A stretch of DNA of 63,992 nucleotides, counting the filler, from Hyphochytrium catenoides (lineage: Eukaryota > Protista > Hyphochytriomycota), in NCBI GenBank assembly GCA_900088475.1. It is 13 parts of 13 records of this genome, joined end to end, with 100 filler letters (N's around TTAATTAATTAA, not from the genome) between each part and the next. Parts side by side here need not be neighbours in the genome. Positions count along the whole stretch, not along the records: positions 15,803 to 40,563 come from FLMG01002677.1; 12 more parts are not named here. One strand, given 5' to 3'. Below are positions 25,701-38,200 of this stretch, in pieces (the stretch's first letter is position 1; each line of letters opens with the position of its first letter). The notes below the pieces were generated by a model, which made no database searches, was not told the origin of the DNA, and worked only from the letters and a program-made list of their open reading frames with translations. Both the position numbers and the translations under genes were made by a program.

Positions 25701-26352
25701 TTGTCTCTGCGGCCGATGGCGTTGCTACATCCTATGCTCTCTCATCCTTGGAAGACAGAGGAGAGCTGTTCATCTCTCCTGGGACGGAGGTGTACACAGG
25801 TGAGGGACATTTGCTCCCTCTTAGCACTGGTTGTCTCTTAACTCTTCCCACCTTTCCTAGTCCTCTTACTCGTTCTCATCGCCGAGCGTCAGGATCCCTC
25901 TTATCGCTGTCGGCTCTCGCACCAAAAGTCTATTTATGTCACACGGCTGTTCTCGGCTCTCCTTGTCCCTCTCCCACATTTTAGTTAAGTAACTCTATTC
26001 CAGCCACTTCTGAGCTCCTTGCACTCTCTCCCTACTCTCAGCGATTGTGCTACTCCTACTTACGAGGTTGTTATGTCCAGGCATGATTATTGGACAAAAC
26101 TCACGCTCTGAGGACTTAGACGTCAATCCCGTCCGCGCCAAGGCCTTGACTAATATAAGAGCGGCAGGAAGCGACGAAGCTATTCGTCTTACTCCTCCCC
26201 GTCAGTTCTCCTTAGAAGAGACTTTGACCTATGTAGACAGTGATGAGATGATAGAGGTGACGCCTACAAAGATAAGAATGAGAAAGGCAGCGCTGGACCC
26301 TGGGCTTAGAGCAAGGCTACGAAAGAAGGGCAAGAGGGCGATGGTGATGTAG
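22721..26352 (+). CDS. typA: Translational GTPase TypA/BipA with probable mitochondrial presequence (7 exons)
   Basis: [82 protein letters not shown] and [11 protein letters not shown]. The N-terminal extension is Arg/Ala-rich and acid-poor. Confidence 0.97.
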
Positions 26353-26940
26353 ATACGAGCTTTTAATTTATTAACAGGCCCTGTCCGTTCACATCATGAA
26401 AGATAGTCTCTTGGCGGGCTTGCTCTCCTCACTGACCTCTCTCCTCCTTTCTCTGTATGACCTTGAAACTCTTCTCAAGTTAGGGTTAGAATCAGCTGCC
26501 CTAGCCCTCTTTCTTCATCACAGCCCCAAGTTCGCCTGTCCTAGTGTAGCTCTTCAATACTCTAGGAAGAAAGCACTGATAGCAGATCTCCCTTATGTCT
26601 TGCTCTTAGCTAACAGGGAACGAGGCAGCCCGGGTCTATTTCTGGCTCTCTCTCGACACGACGAGGGCGCAGCTTTTGTTACTATTTGGTTGTTGGTTGC
26701 TGGGGCCAAGGAGACTTAGCTTTAGGGGGATCTCATGGATGGAACAACGTGGGTGCAAAAGATTGAACATATAAGTATTGACTGCTTGAGAAAAGAGCCC
26801 CTTTTCTGTTTAATATTGATATACTGAGAGGCAGCCCGTAGAGCTGGATCCTTTTGGGAGAGCAGTATCTTTTTGACTCCTGGATCTTGCCTCGCGCTCT
26901 CCTAAATGTTGCTCTTAGCATTCTTTTCTCTTCCATCGCC

Positions 26941-28676
26941 CTAGATTAGATCCTCCTGGAAAGACCAAGGTGCAGCCGACGTAGAGGTGGCAGCAGCCGC
27001 GGCCCCTTGCACAAAGGAGGATGACAGCTCTTTTAGAAAAGTGGAGGAGTTCAGAATGCAGCTTCCACCCAATACGACGCGAGTTCCCTTAGGGCCTTGC
27101 TGCTGGTTGATCTCTGCCACTTTGCAAGCCTCCTCAAAGGTCACGCCGCCAGCAATGAACACGATTATATCGCGAGGCCTTCAGAATGAGAGATAGTAAG
27201 CGTTGCGCATTCTCAGCAGATGTCGGATGTAAAGTGGTTGGCGAGAGATGTGCCCTAAGAAAGGAGATGACGGTAGAGGCAAGCCTAGACTAACAAGGCA
27301 AAGGACGCAGGCACACGGCTACCATCACGCTGAATGATGGAAAGCACACAACAGAAAAAAACCTGGGATACCAAAAGCGGACCGAGGAAATCAAGTGTCG
27401 GAGATATGTCGAAGTAGTCGGACTGGAAGGGAGAGAGAGGCCTCTACCTGTCTCTAGGATTGCCTCCAGATATAGTCATAGGATATTGTTGCTCCCTTAG
27501 GGTGCCTGTCATTACATTCTACCAGACGGACCGGTTGAAAGATAGAAAAAAAAAGTTAATTAGCCAGAGTGACCCTACAAATAGGCTTAAACGCAACAAG
27601 GTCTAGAACAACGAGGGAAGAGAGCCAAGCTTTGGTAAGGAGGACAGGCTCTGGCTCCCGTCAGCATAACAGCATAGGAAGACACCCTTTCAAGGCTAGT
27701 CTTCGGGAAGTATTGCCCAGTCATCCCTCTTCAACAGCCTCTGCTGGCATTCCTGCTCGCACCGCCACCTCTATAAAAAAAGTTCATTCACTCTTTTTCT
27801 ACCATGAGGATGTTGACCAGCTGTGGCTTATGCTGAGCATAGACGTTTTGTACGCCTTGTAGCCCCTGTGAGACATTCTTCATGAAGCCCTTTAGCACGC
27901 CCTTCTGGAACAAGTCGCCACTGCGAGCGGACGTCCCTCCATACTAGCGCGAGACGGCGAAACAACAGAAAGGAGACAGCATGCAAATTAGTAAGGCCGA
28001 AGAGCATGAATGCGTTCAGCCGTCGCGGGAGTGATTATGCAAAAGCGTAGCCCATAGAAGAGAACGGAACATGCGAGCCAGAAACGAGGCAGAGACATCA
28101 AAAGAGGAAAAGGATGGGATATATGGCTTCACAGCTGTCAGTCAGTTAAAAGGAATACCTGCAAGATTAGATCTAGTAGCTTGACCTTCTCTGAGGAGGC
28201 TCCTTGCTCTTGAAGGATTGACTTGATCAGGCTCAGCTATCCATAAAAGATTGGAGAAAAGACCGTAAATGTAAGGGCAAACATGACTTGGAGAAGCTTG
28301 AGAAACGGTCAGAGTTGAAACGTAAGAAGAAGGCAAGCTTCTGAATGCCATTATTGCTTTGGCACCATCACAGAGGGAAGCATTACCTGATTCCCCGCCG
28401 TATTCTCATACCGAAGAGCGTACAGCAAAGATAACCGCAGTTTGGCGTCTATCTTTATCTGTCCAATGGAGAGTTGGTAAGTACAGACCGTGAAAGGAGA
28501 GAGAAAGATGTCGAGGAAGGTCCCAATTAGGTGTGAAGAGGATAACCGGCAATAGATGGTAGCCTCTTCATCAAAGTTAATCAGACCGAAAGGCGTAGAC
28601 CGAGCAAGAGACAAGACTGAGATAGGGGCGGCGCACACACCACGCACGCCAACCCGGGAAGAGAGGGAGAAAGAGA

Positions 28677-28733
<57 letters not shown>

Positions 28734-31700
28734 AAGGGCGAACTTGACAGAGAAAGAGCGACTGAGAGGTACAACGAGAGGGACTGGGGAGAGAGGAGAA
28801 CTACGGTCCCAGAGTAGGACATTATCAGGTCACAACTCCCAGAAATGGGGGACGGAAGAGAGTTGAAGTGGAGGGACAGACCTTCGGGTTCTGCAATTTA
28901 TCCATAAGTTCTCTGTGATGTGCTGTCTGGTCATCACTGCATGCCATTTCTTGTTCGAACTGACTCACGTCCATCAGAGCTGAAAGTAGGCATTGAGTGA
29001 GCAACTGAAGATACGCCGACAAAGAAGGAGCATGTAAAGAAATAGGACAACAGCTATGGGACAAGTGCCATAATGTTGGTACACGGGACTGTGCCCAGCG
29101 CATGGAGGGAGAAGTGGAGGTCTGTGGGTTAGAAAGATGGGACCACAAGAACAGTCGTGTACGGACCGTTCTGCTCAACCAGCCGCGCCAGCTCTGTCAT
29201 TATAGTGACGTGCTTGGACACTTTGTGACTCTGAGCGCGAAATTGAGGATAATTCTCCATGAAGCGCTGCATGTCCTCTGATGGAAGTAGAACACCCGTT
29301 AGAGCAAAGAGCAAGTCCCGGCTTTCCTTTTTTGCTTGCCTCACTATTTCTTACCAATGGATTGTATGCTGTCATTATTCTTTGTCTTCGCCTTGTAGTC
29401 GTCCACAAGGCTCTTCACCGCCATCCCTAAGTCTCCAAAGTTGGAGTACATGTGCTGGCGGAAGAAGTCGTCCTGTGTGCAAGACAGCACAAGCTCTCTG
29501 TAGGAGACAGGTAGGAAGGCATTGACAGTCGAAAAGTAGGAAAATCAGCCGGATCAAGCGAGGCCGTGGGTACGAGCAATGGTCGCAATGTAACTATAAG
29601 AAGGGGTATATGGATGATACGATACAAGCGAGGCAACGATAACGTATGCAGCAGCATGCACCTCATGTCTTCCCTAACTCCAGGAATGCTTCTGAGATCC
29701 AGGCGATTGTCTTCTAGGCCCAGAAGCTCGTGAAGCATTGCTTGGTATGTCCATTGGGATAACAGCGGAGTCACGGGGTCGTCCCGTCGATCTAGAATCA
29801 ACTAGAGCAGAAAAGCTCTTGGTCAGTTAACGTTTATAACGAGCCAGAGAAGGTTAGCAGAGACATATTCTGTTCCCCAGAGGCGCTAAAGTCCTCGGGT
29901 TATTTGCGCAAAACGTGGTGAATTGCAACAGGATTGTTGCCAACAAGGAAAGAGTGATTCGAGATCTGATAACCAGTCATCGCAGCCGCCCCCATAATGC
30001 AAGATGGGGCGTCAAGGCAGAAGAAACAAGGGGATCAAGGAAGTGAACGGCTCTAAGTCACATGGCTTGACTTATCCTCTTACCAAAATTGGTGGCACTT
30101 CCTGTCGCCTGAAGTCAAACAGACCGTCCCTCTGCATGTTTGAGGTCATCTCGTTGGCCAATGCGCGGCAAAGCTCTGAGTTTCCGGAGTACCGGACAAT
30201 GGGCTTCTTCTTCATGGACAGCAGGGTGGCGGACAGACCCTGCAGAGAAGGGCCGTAAGAAGTGAGTTCAGAGGAGTAGATCGAATTGGAAAGCACTCAC
30301 GTCAATAGTTCTGTTGAAGATAAGTTGCTGCTGAGGTGTCATGGTTCTCAGTTCTCGAGGGCCGCTCAGCAACAGACTGCAACATTAAAAGAGCGTAGTG
30401 AGATTTACGATGAGAGATAAACCAGGACCTCGGAACACTGTTTACTGGTTGTAAGGACAACGATCAAGAGAATAAGACGAACTATTCTGACCTGTTATTC
30501 AACGATAGATGAAACAGATCCGGGTTGACTGCGAGGTAGTCCCCAAAGAACTCCTGCACTTGTCTTACCACCTCCAGCTCATCACATTCTGCCAGGCTAT
30601 CAAGGATGTCTTGTGGTACAATGTTAGAGAAGACTGCGCAGAAGAATTATAAGAGCAAGAGAGAGGGTAAGATGTGGTTAGACCAGCCAGTGTGGTGGCG
30701 CTGGTAGCTTCCTCAACCATTCGGCGATCTCTCGCAACCTTCTCCTTGTTGCGTCCCCTTGGACCAATCGTAGAGTTCTCTCCTACTGCAAGCCTTCAGC
30801 TGCTCTCGGAGCATTTCTGTTCCTCGAATATTTCCCTTCCCCTCCCAAGGCTTCCACGTGTATCTCCTCCTTTCTAGGGCGACGTACAGATGTGATACTC
30901 CCCAAACTTTGGGTCTCTAAGCTCTGCCTTAAGCTGCTGTAGATTTTCTTGTGTTGGCCTCACGAACACGGCAGCCTTGAGGTGGGTCATCCGCTCATGA
31001 TTGGCGCTCAATGACTCCACCAGAAAAACTGCGGAAACGGGTGGTGAGCTTCTGGAGCAAATAGAAGAGGCAAGAGATCACAAGTGGAAGCCAAGACTCG
31101 AGAGAAGACGGAGGGCGAAGATATGACCGAAAGCCCAGGTATCTGCGTACTCATATAGGCAACTCTAGGGGGGAAGAAAAGCTGATGTCCTAATCAATGC
31201 CGTGAGAATAATCAGGGAAACAAAGGTGCAGAGATGGCATCAAGCCGGAGACCAAGTCCATCAAGGCAGAAAAAAGCAGCAAAAGACAAGAAGAAAGAGG
31301 AAAAAGAACAGCAATAGAGACCAGAGGTCATACAACCAACTCTTTCAGATCTCTACGATCTTAGCAAGAGAACAGACGATGTCAGAGAAAGGCCGTGTTA
31401 CCTTCTTTCTCTAAGATCTGGGACTGTGTATAGACCATGCTAACTATCTTTGTCTACATAGTTCAAAGGAGTAAGAGCAGCAAAGAGAATAGAGCGGACG
31501 AGACACTGAGATGGCGATATCATCGGGTGTATCGTACCCTGTGCAAGTGTCTCACATCAACTTCTCTCTTCTCCTCTCTCCCTTTCTCCTCTCTCTCTCT
31601 CTCTCCTCTTCTCCCTCTCTCCTCTACCTCTTTGTTTCCTATCTGCCTCTATCTTTTCCCATATCTGAGTCTGCCTCTGCCTGAGCAAAACCGTATCTCC

Positions 31701-31861
31701 AGCCAACATAGTAAAGAAGGGCCTTTTTCTCCTTCCTCTTTCCGTTTCCTTGTCCTTACCGTTTCTGGATCTAGCAACAGCACTTTCATTCCCGACAGCT
31801 TAGGGTCGGAGACAATCTTATCAATATACAGCCGCACAGCGGCTACAACGTCCGCGCCCAT
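26941..31861 (-). CDS. VPS45: Sec1/Munc18-family protein Vps45, multi-exon
   Basis: [91 protein letters not shown] and [11 protein letters not shown]. Confidence 0.96.
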
Positions 31862-32614
31862 GGCTAAGGCTAGTATAGACGCGAATACTTGCACGAAATA
31901 ACTGCAGAGTGAGAATGCAGACAGGAAAACGGCTGTGAACCGTCCGTTTGCACCAAACTACCACGGCTGGGGAGGTTGCTATACGAAGAGCGCAAGGACA
32001 GAGTAAAGAAAGAAGGGAGTGAGGACCACCAGAGAACCAGAACCTTGATCAACCCTCAGAGAGAGTGCAGCAGAGACAGTGAGAAAAGGAGACAGCGTCT
32101 GCAGTGTTGAAGAACCTTGAAGCAGCAGCCTCAGAACATGGATAATCAGATCCTCTAGTGAACAGGCAGCAATGGCAATGAGAAGAAGAGACTCCGTCTG
32201 CAATCTTCATATAGCAGCAAAGCAGCAATCTGCTGTTTTATTGTTAGGCTTTGGCGGGGTTGGGGACGTTTCTCCTTTCCTACAGAAGAAAAGCCTGTCT
32301 ACCTTCCCCTTCTTTCCTTTCGTTTTGAGGACGGGTTCTGTCTCTCAAGGACTAGGGCCTTCTGTCTCTCTTCTCCCCATTCTGTCTCACCAATTCCCTG
32401 TCAGTTAACCTCAGTAATGGTCTCTCTCCTTACTCTATCACTGATTTTATCACTGAATCACGTCTCTCTTTCTCAAGCCTGGAAGCGATCATTATTTAGT
32501 CTGTTCTTTTTTCTGAATCTGAATTGCTGAGGCGTTCTATTATTTGGGACATAACACCCTGCTGTCTAGTAGGCATTATAATGACGAGGAGTTTAACAGG
32601 GTAATCACAGAAGC

Positions 32615-32685
32615 GCATCTGTAGTTTAGTGGTAAAATACCTCGTTGCCATCGAGGTGTCCCGGGTTCGATTCCCGGCAGATGCA
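32615..32685 (+). tRNA. tRNA-Gly (anticodon GCC)
   Basis: 71-nt cloverleaf: acceptor GCATCTG/CAGATGC, anticodon arm CCTCG-TTGCCAT-CGAGG (GCC at 32647-32649), T arm CCGGG-TTCGATT-CCCGG, discriminator A. Confidence 0.97.
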
Positions 32686-33642
32686 AAACTTATTGCCCCT
32701 CAAACTCGTGACGGCTGTGCCAGTTCTGGAATGGGACAGGCTTTTTACCACAATACAGGAAAAGAAGTGGCTTCTTGCTGGCCGAAGTCGTCGGAACAAG
32801 AAACTAATTACGGAGTAGGTATAAAGAAGCCTCTTCATCATCATCCTGTCACCGACGACAACAAACGGGAAGCGTGTTTTCTCCTCCTCTGGAAGACGGA
32901 CGAGGAGGTAATGAATAATCCTCTCGTCTTCTTGGTCTTTTTAGCTCTTTTGGTGGCGCGATTCAGGAGGATGATGAAGATGAGAACGACAGAGGTGCAC
33001 ATCATCACCATATGAGTGAATGCTTGATTTTTTTGTCTTTTTTATAGAAAGTGCGTGCAGCTCTTCATATTATGACCTAGTTAGATTGTAGCAGGTGCCA
33101 AATCAAGAGGGTTGCCACCAAGGATACAAGGGGCTGGGGTTCCAAGACCCACTTTGGGAAGAACGAAGGTCGGTCTTGGCAATTATGCAGCAATCGGGTA
33201 TAGTACTTACGCAAGTACTACTACAAACAGCAGCGAAGCTGAGCACAACCATGCTGGTTAGGTGGTTCCTACTACGAGGCCCAGCGGAGGAATCTTCTTA
33301 AGGATGATAAGGCGTGAATTGGGTGTTATATTATCATGATGATGAGTAGAAGAATCAGCTGCACTGCTGCTTCTTATATGTTATAAGAGAATCCTCTTCT
33401 ATTGCTACTAGTAGGTTATAATCTCAGGGGACTGCTTCTTTGTAGATCGATGACAAGAAGATGAATAAATGGTGGCATCTTACAACGTCTTGTTTCGGCA
33501 GCTTGTGTTTCTGTGAGACTTCTACTAGAACTACAAAAACAATAAAAGGGACCTGTCGACAATGAACGAACGCAAGTGAAACCCAAGATGCGGGTATATA
33601 ATCTCTGTGGAAACCTCGAAGTCAAGCGAATTTTTCCAATGT

Positions 33643-33717
33643 GCATCTGTAGTTTAGTGGTAAAATACCTCGTTGCCTGGCAACGAGGTGTCCCGGGTTC
33701 GATTCCCGGCAGATGCA
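33643..33717 (+). tRNA. tRNA-Gly(GCC)-derived gene with palindromic, 4-nt-longer anticodon arm (variant or pseudogene)
   Basis: Identical to 32615-32685 except that loop TTGCCAT is replaced by TTGCCTGGCAA. A and B boxes are intact. Confidence 0.85.
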
Positions 33718-35292
33718 ATGTTGTTGACTTTTCGCCACTAGCATACTTGCCATTTTATCCCTTGGAGAGTACGATGTACTGTATTATTACCGTGGCAACA
33801 TCTGTTGTTTGTTGATGATGAAGCGTGGAAGACACTTTTTATCGTTCGCCTCAAGCAGCACCCTAGCCTTCATCTACCGCCGTCTCCGGAAGAGAGAATA
33901 TGTGGATTCTTTGCCATACATTATTGCAGGATAGGGCACGTCGTGGGGCGATCCGTCGACTCGCTTGGTCCCCCCGTCTTGTTATTGACTTTCTTAGCAT
34001 TTCGGAGGCAGACGATGATGATTACCTTGTTGCATGATGATGCGGGTAACAGCTACTCATGTTTATGTTAAGTTGTACCAGTAATGAACAGTCGGAAGTC
34101 AGTAGCGAACACGTACAACAAGCTGGATGAAAAGCAGCAAGGGCTTGCACAGAAGACGAGAGCAATGAGCACAAAGCGGTAAGCAGGAACAAACATTGAC
34201 AAATTCTACCACAAGAAGCGAGTACTACTACTTGGAGCCCTGGTACATCTAAACTACCTTCTTATTACCTACTCGTACTGGGGTAAGGATAAGAGGTTAA
34301 CATCCTTGTGGATGAAGATAAAAGGAGAGGGAGGACACCTCGCTGCCGGTCAGCACAGCAAGAGGAAGGAGGAGGCCGGCTGCTGCTGCTGGTGGCACCA
34401 TTTTCCTTCATCATCATTCAATGGTACAAACGCACCAAATTTGAAAGTGCTTCTTCATAAAGAATGAGTTTGGCAGGTGTGAATTGACAATCAGTATGAC
34501 CAAATACCTTGTCATTGTTGACCGTTCCCCTTCTTTGTCCATTCTTTTCTTTGCTGTGTAGGGGCAAGTGGTCAATATATTTCACAATGTCAAAAATGGC
34601 CAGGTGCGAATAATTTGTCGGTTACACTCGCTCTGATGGGATTCCTGATGATGCCTTGTTCTTCTTGGTACAGTAGCGCCTGATGAGGGAGAGAGCAGCG
34701 TAGCAAGAGGAAGAGGCAAGCTCCATAACAGACAGTCGGGAGGACGGAGAGAGCCCAAGCCCAAGAGAAGGGGAGAGAGAGAGAGAGAGAGAGACAGAGA
34801 GAGAGAGAGAGACAGAGAAAGAGAAAGAAAGAGAGTGACGGACAGAGAAAGAGGGAGGGAAGTGAGAGAGGAGAAAGAGAGAGATAAGAGGAGCAGCAGC
34901 AGCAGGAGGAGTCCAGGGGCAGACCGGAGAGGAAGAGAGATAAAAAGAGAGGAGACGGCATGGTGGCCTATCTGGAAAGGCCTCGACGAGTGAAAATGCA
35001 CTCAAATGGGGACTTATAGCGTCAAGATGGACTAAGACTCAGAGCATATTCGCACGCAATCCAGGGCCGAACGGGAAGGGACAAAGAGAGAGAGAGAAAG
35101 ACCACGACGACAGCAACAACGATCGTCTCACAACTTGGGTCGGAGACCAGAAGAGACAGAGATATGAGAAAAATATCCGTACCTAGACTTGCGTCGAAGC
35201 TCTCAATACGGGCCTTAGACGGAGGGGCGCTATCAGACGACATAGGGAGGTAAAAGCAGAGGCGACGAGGTAAATAGAGTGGGACGACAAGA

Positions 35293-38200
35293 ATGGAGGC
35301 CGCCTCAACCGGCTCTCTCTCCTCAATGGAGTCAGAGGACCTCTCTCAAAGCAGCGGGGACAGTGCCAGGAAGGAGGAGACGATGTTTACACCTGCACCC
35401 TTGCCCTGTACAGGCGAGCGGACGGCTTCAGAAAGCAGGGAGCCCAATGCTAAGGGAGAGAGAGAAAGACCTCCCTCGCCCACCCGTTCCATACGCCTTG
35501 GAGAAGAGAGTCGGTCTTCCTCTAACGTGTTTCTTACTGCTATCAAAAGTCAGCGGGAAGGGCCCTTGCGACCTACCTTTTCTCTTAACCTCAACGCCGC
35601 AAAGGGTGACGCAGGGAAGAAAGAGGAAGAGCTAGCGGCACTGGGTTTTGAGAGGAACTCCGAGATGATGAAGAAAGATCTCGATGTGGGACTGCAGAAA
35701 TATATCNNNNNNNNNNNNNNNNNNNNNNNNNNNNNNNNNNNNNNNNNNNNNNNNNNNNNNNNNNNNNNNNNNNNNNNNNNNNNNNNNNNNNNNNNNNNNN
35801 NNNNNNNNNNNNNNNNNNNNNNNNNNNNNNCGCCCCGGGGTTTTGCCACGTGCTCCATTCTGATCTTTCCTCCGTTTGCACTCTCAAGTTCTTCTGTCTT
35901 GGGCCCTGCTTTGTACCTATCAGCGAGGTGATCTCCGAATCTCTTATGCCGGTTGGAGTTTTCTCCTGAAGGTCTCCATTCTCTTCGGGTCGTCTCACAA
36001 CCCGGGCACCTCCTTAACCCTTCGACTGTTCCGCATTTGCCTTTGGGGCACTTGGGTTTGTCTCTCCTGTTCCTGAAACCTTTCTAGAACTAACTCTCAA
36101 TGGCTACTTGCCCTCTCTGTGGTTCCGCGCTGGACTTTCTTATCTCTCTTCCCATTTTGCACTCTCTCTCTCTCTCTCTTTCCCTCTCTCTGCGTATTTC
36201 TCTCCCGTCTCTAGCTCATCACCTCTATTTGTGGCGTGGTGCAAGAGGCGAGCGACTACTATCGCTCCCAGAGTTCTTCTCTCTTTGCAGAACACAGCAA
36301 AGTTTGCACCTACACTGCCCTGAACGGTACAGACACGATAGACACAATGGTCCCAAAGTCCGATCTGGAGGACTTCATGAAGAAAGTGGAGCAGAGACTT
36401 GAACAGGGAGAAAGAGCACAACGGGCGATTCTCTCCCGATTCCAAGCAGAGGTGAAAACCTTTGTACAGAACCAGGTGAGCTGACATGGGGAGAAAATGA
36501 GATGCGGAGATAAAGAAAAATGAGAAAAAGAGATAAGAGAAAGAGAAAAGTGAGTAACAAAACGAGAGGATTAGAGGGGACAAGGAAGAAAGCTTAGGGG
36601 AAAGGTTAGGGAGAGGGGTGAAGAACGGTATAGAGAGCAGAGAGCGAAGAGAGGAGAGAAAGTGACCTGTCTATTCCATCCTCAGGCTCGCTGACGTTCT
36701 TTGTTTAACCTGCTGTCCATGAACCACGCACTCCGCGACCATTCCGTTGTCCCTTCTTTTCCATCTCTCTCCTTAGTTGGACGAGTGCATCCGACGGGAC
36801 TTGCTAGAGTCACGACGGCAGCTTACTGAGCTGAAGGAGGAGGCGGAAAGGAGAGTTAACAGGGCAAGGTGGGCAACCAAGGCAGAGGTAAGACCCTGAA
36901 GGATGTCTCCATGACCTTGACCTTCTTCCTCGTTCTTGATGTCTGTTCTTCACTTTCTCACGGTAGCCTCTGCCGCACTTCTACCGGCTCTGAGCTTTCT
37001 AAATTCAATCTTCATCCCGCAATACGGAGAGCTCTTCTGGCTTAAGCTGCTTTGCGCTCTCTCTCTCTTTCTTTCTCTCTCTCTCTCTCTCTCTCTATCT
37101 CTATCTCTATCTCTCTATCTTTCTCTCTCTCTCCTCTCTCTTTGTCTGCCTCCGTCCCTCTTTTACTCCATTTTAATTGTTTTTTGTCCTCTGGCTCCTT
37201 TCCTTTTGCTCCTACCCCAACGCTCATATCTGCCTAGGTACGGGAAGCGTTGATGATCGAGAAGTCAGTGATGGAAGAGGAAATAAGGGCGATCACAGAG
37301 GAGAAAGACGCGGAGTTGCAAAGGCTTACGAGGGAATACAAGGACCATCTGAGCGCGTAAGCTGATACCTGCTAGACCTTGCTTCCCTGCTCTCTCTCCC
37401 TCCTTCAAGCGTGCTTTCGATACATTCTATACGAATAGTCTTCCTTGACTCTCTTTATGCGCGCTGTTTGTCTCCGGGACAGCCATTCTTCTCGCCACTA
37501 ATCTCTTTCTCTCTCGGTCTCTCCTTCCTTCTTCCTATTAGAGAGACTGAAAAGTTCAATCGGCTCCAGTTTGAGTTCTCGGAACTCCAGCAAAAGTACA
37601 TACGAACAGAACTCTGTGCAGAGAGCAGAGAGAAAACCATTCAGCAGTTGCAGGCGGAGGTGCACACCCGTAAGTCCATACACATTCCCCTACTCTATCT
37701 CTTCCCCACAACGTCCCATCTTCCCATCGCCTCTCAGCTCTTCGTTGTCACTCAGATATAAAGATGGAAGACATGGACATGTCTCTGTGTTTATCTGCCT
37801 CTCCTCTTGGAATGTCTGTCTCTCTCTTCTGTTCCTCGCTCTCTCTCTTTCTTTTCCTCTTCCTTTTTCTGCTCTTCTCTATAACATCCCTCTCTTGGCG
37901 TTATATGACCCCTTGTCATAACCCCGGAGCAATTCTCTTCTTCCTATCCTCACTTCCCGTCTCATTCTCCGACGTGCCTCTATTATTATATCTGTCATTC
38001 TTCTCTTCGCTTGCCTCGCTATCCCCTCTGCACTGTACCCTTGATAGTGTCCTCCAGCAATCTTCAGTGTAAGCACCACACGCGCCAGATCTCCTCCTTG
38101 GAAAAGAATGTTCAAGAGCTCAAGGCCGAGATCAAGAGATACGAGAAAGAATCGTTCAAGTCCATAGAAAAGCTTACTTCAGCTGAGCATGAGACGCAGA

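Noticed and set aside
32432-32456. tetO-like CTCTATCACTGAT followed by a second TATCACTGA
   Set aside because: Only a partial match without the palindromic second half; most likely a short chance duplication.
33673-33683. Canonical tRNA intron in the second tRNA-Gly
   Set aside because: It would be only 4 nt long and leave a pyrimidine at position 37. The inserted bases are better explained as a reverse-complement copy.
32626-33815. ORFs overlapping the tRNA genes
   Set aside because: Incidental reading frames across tRNA sequence.
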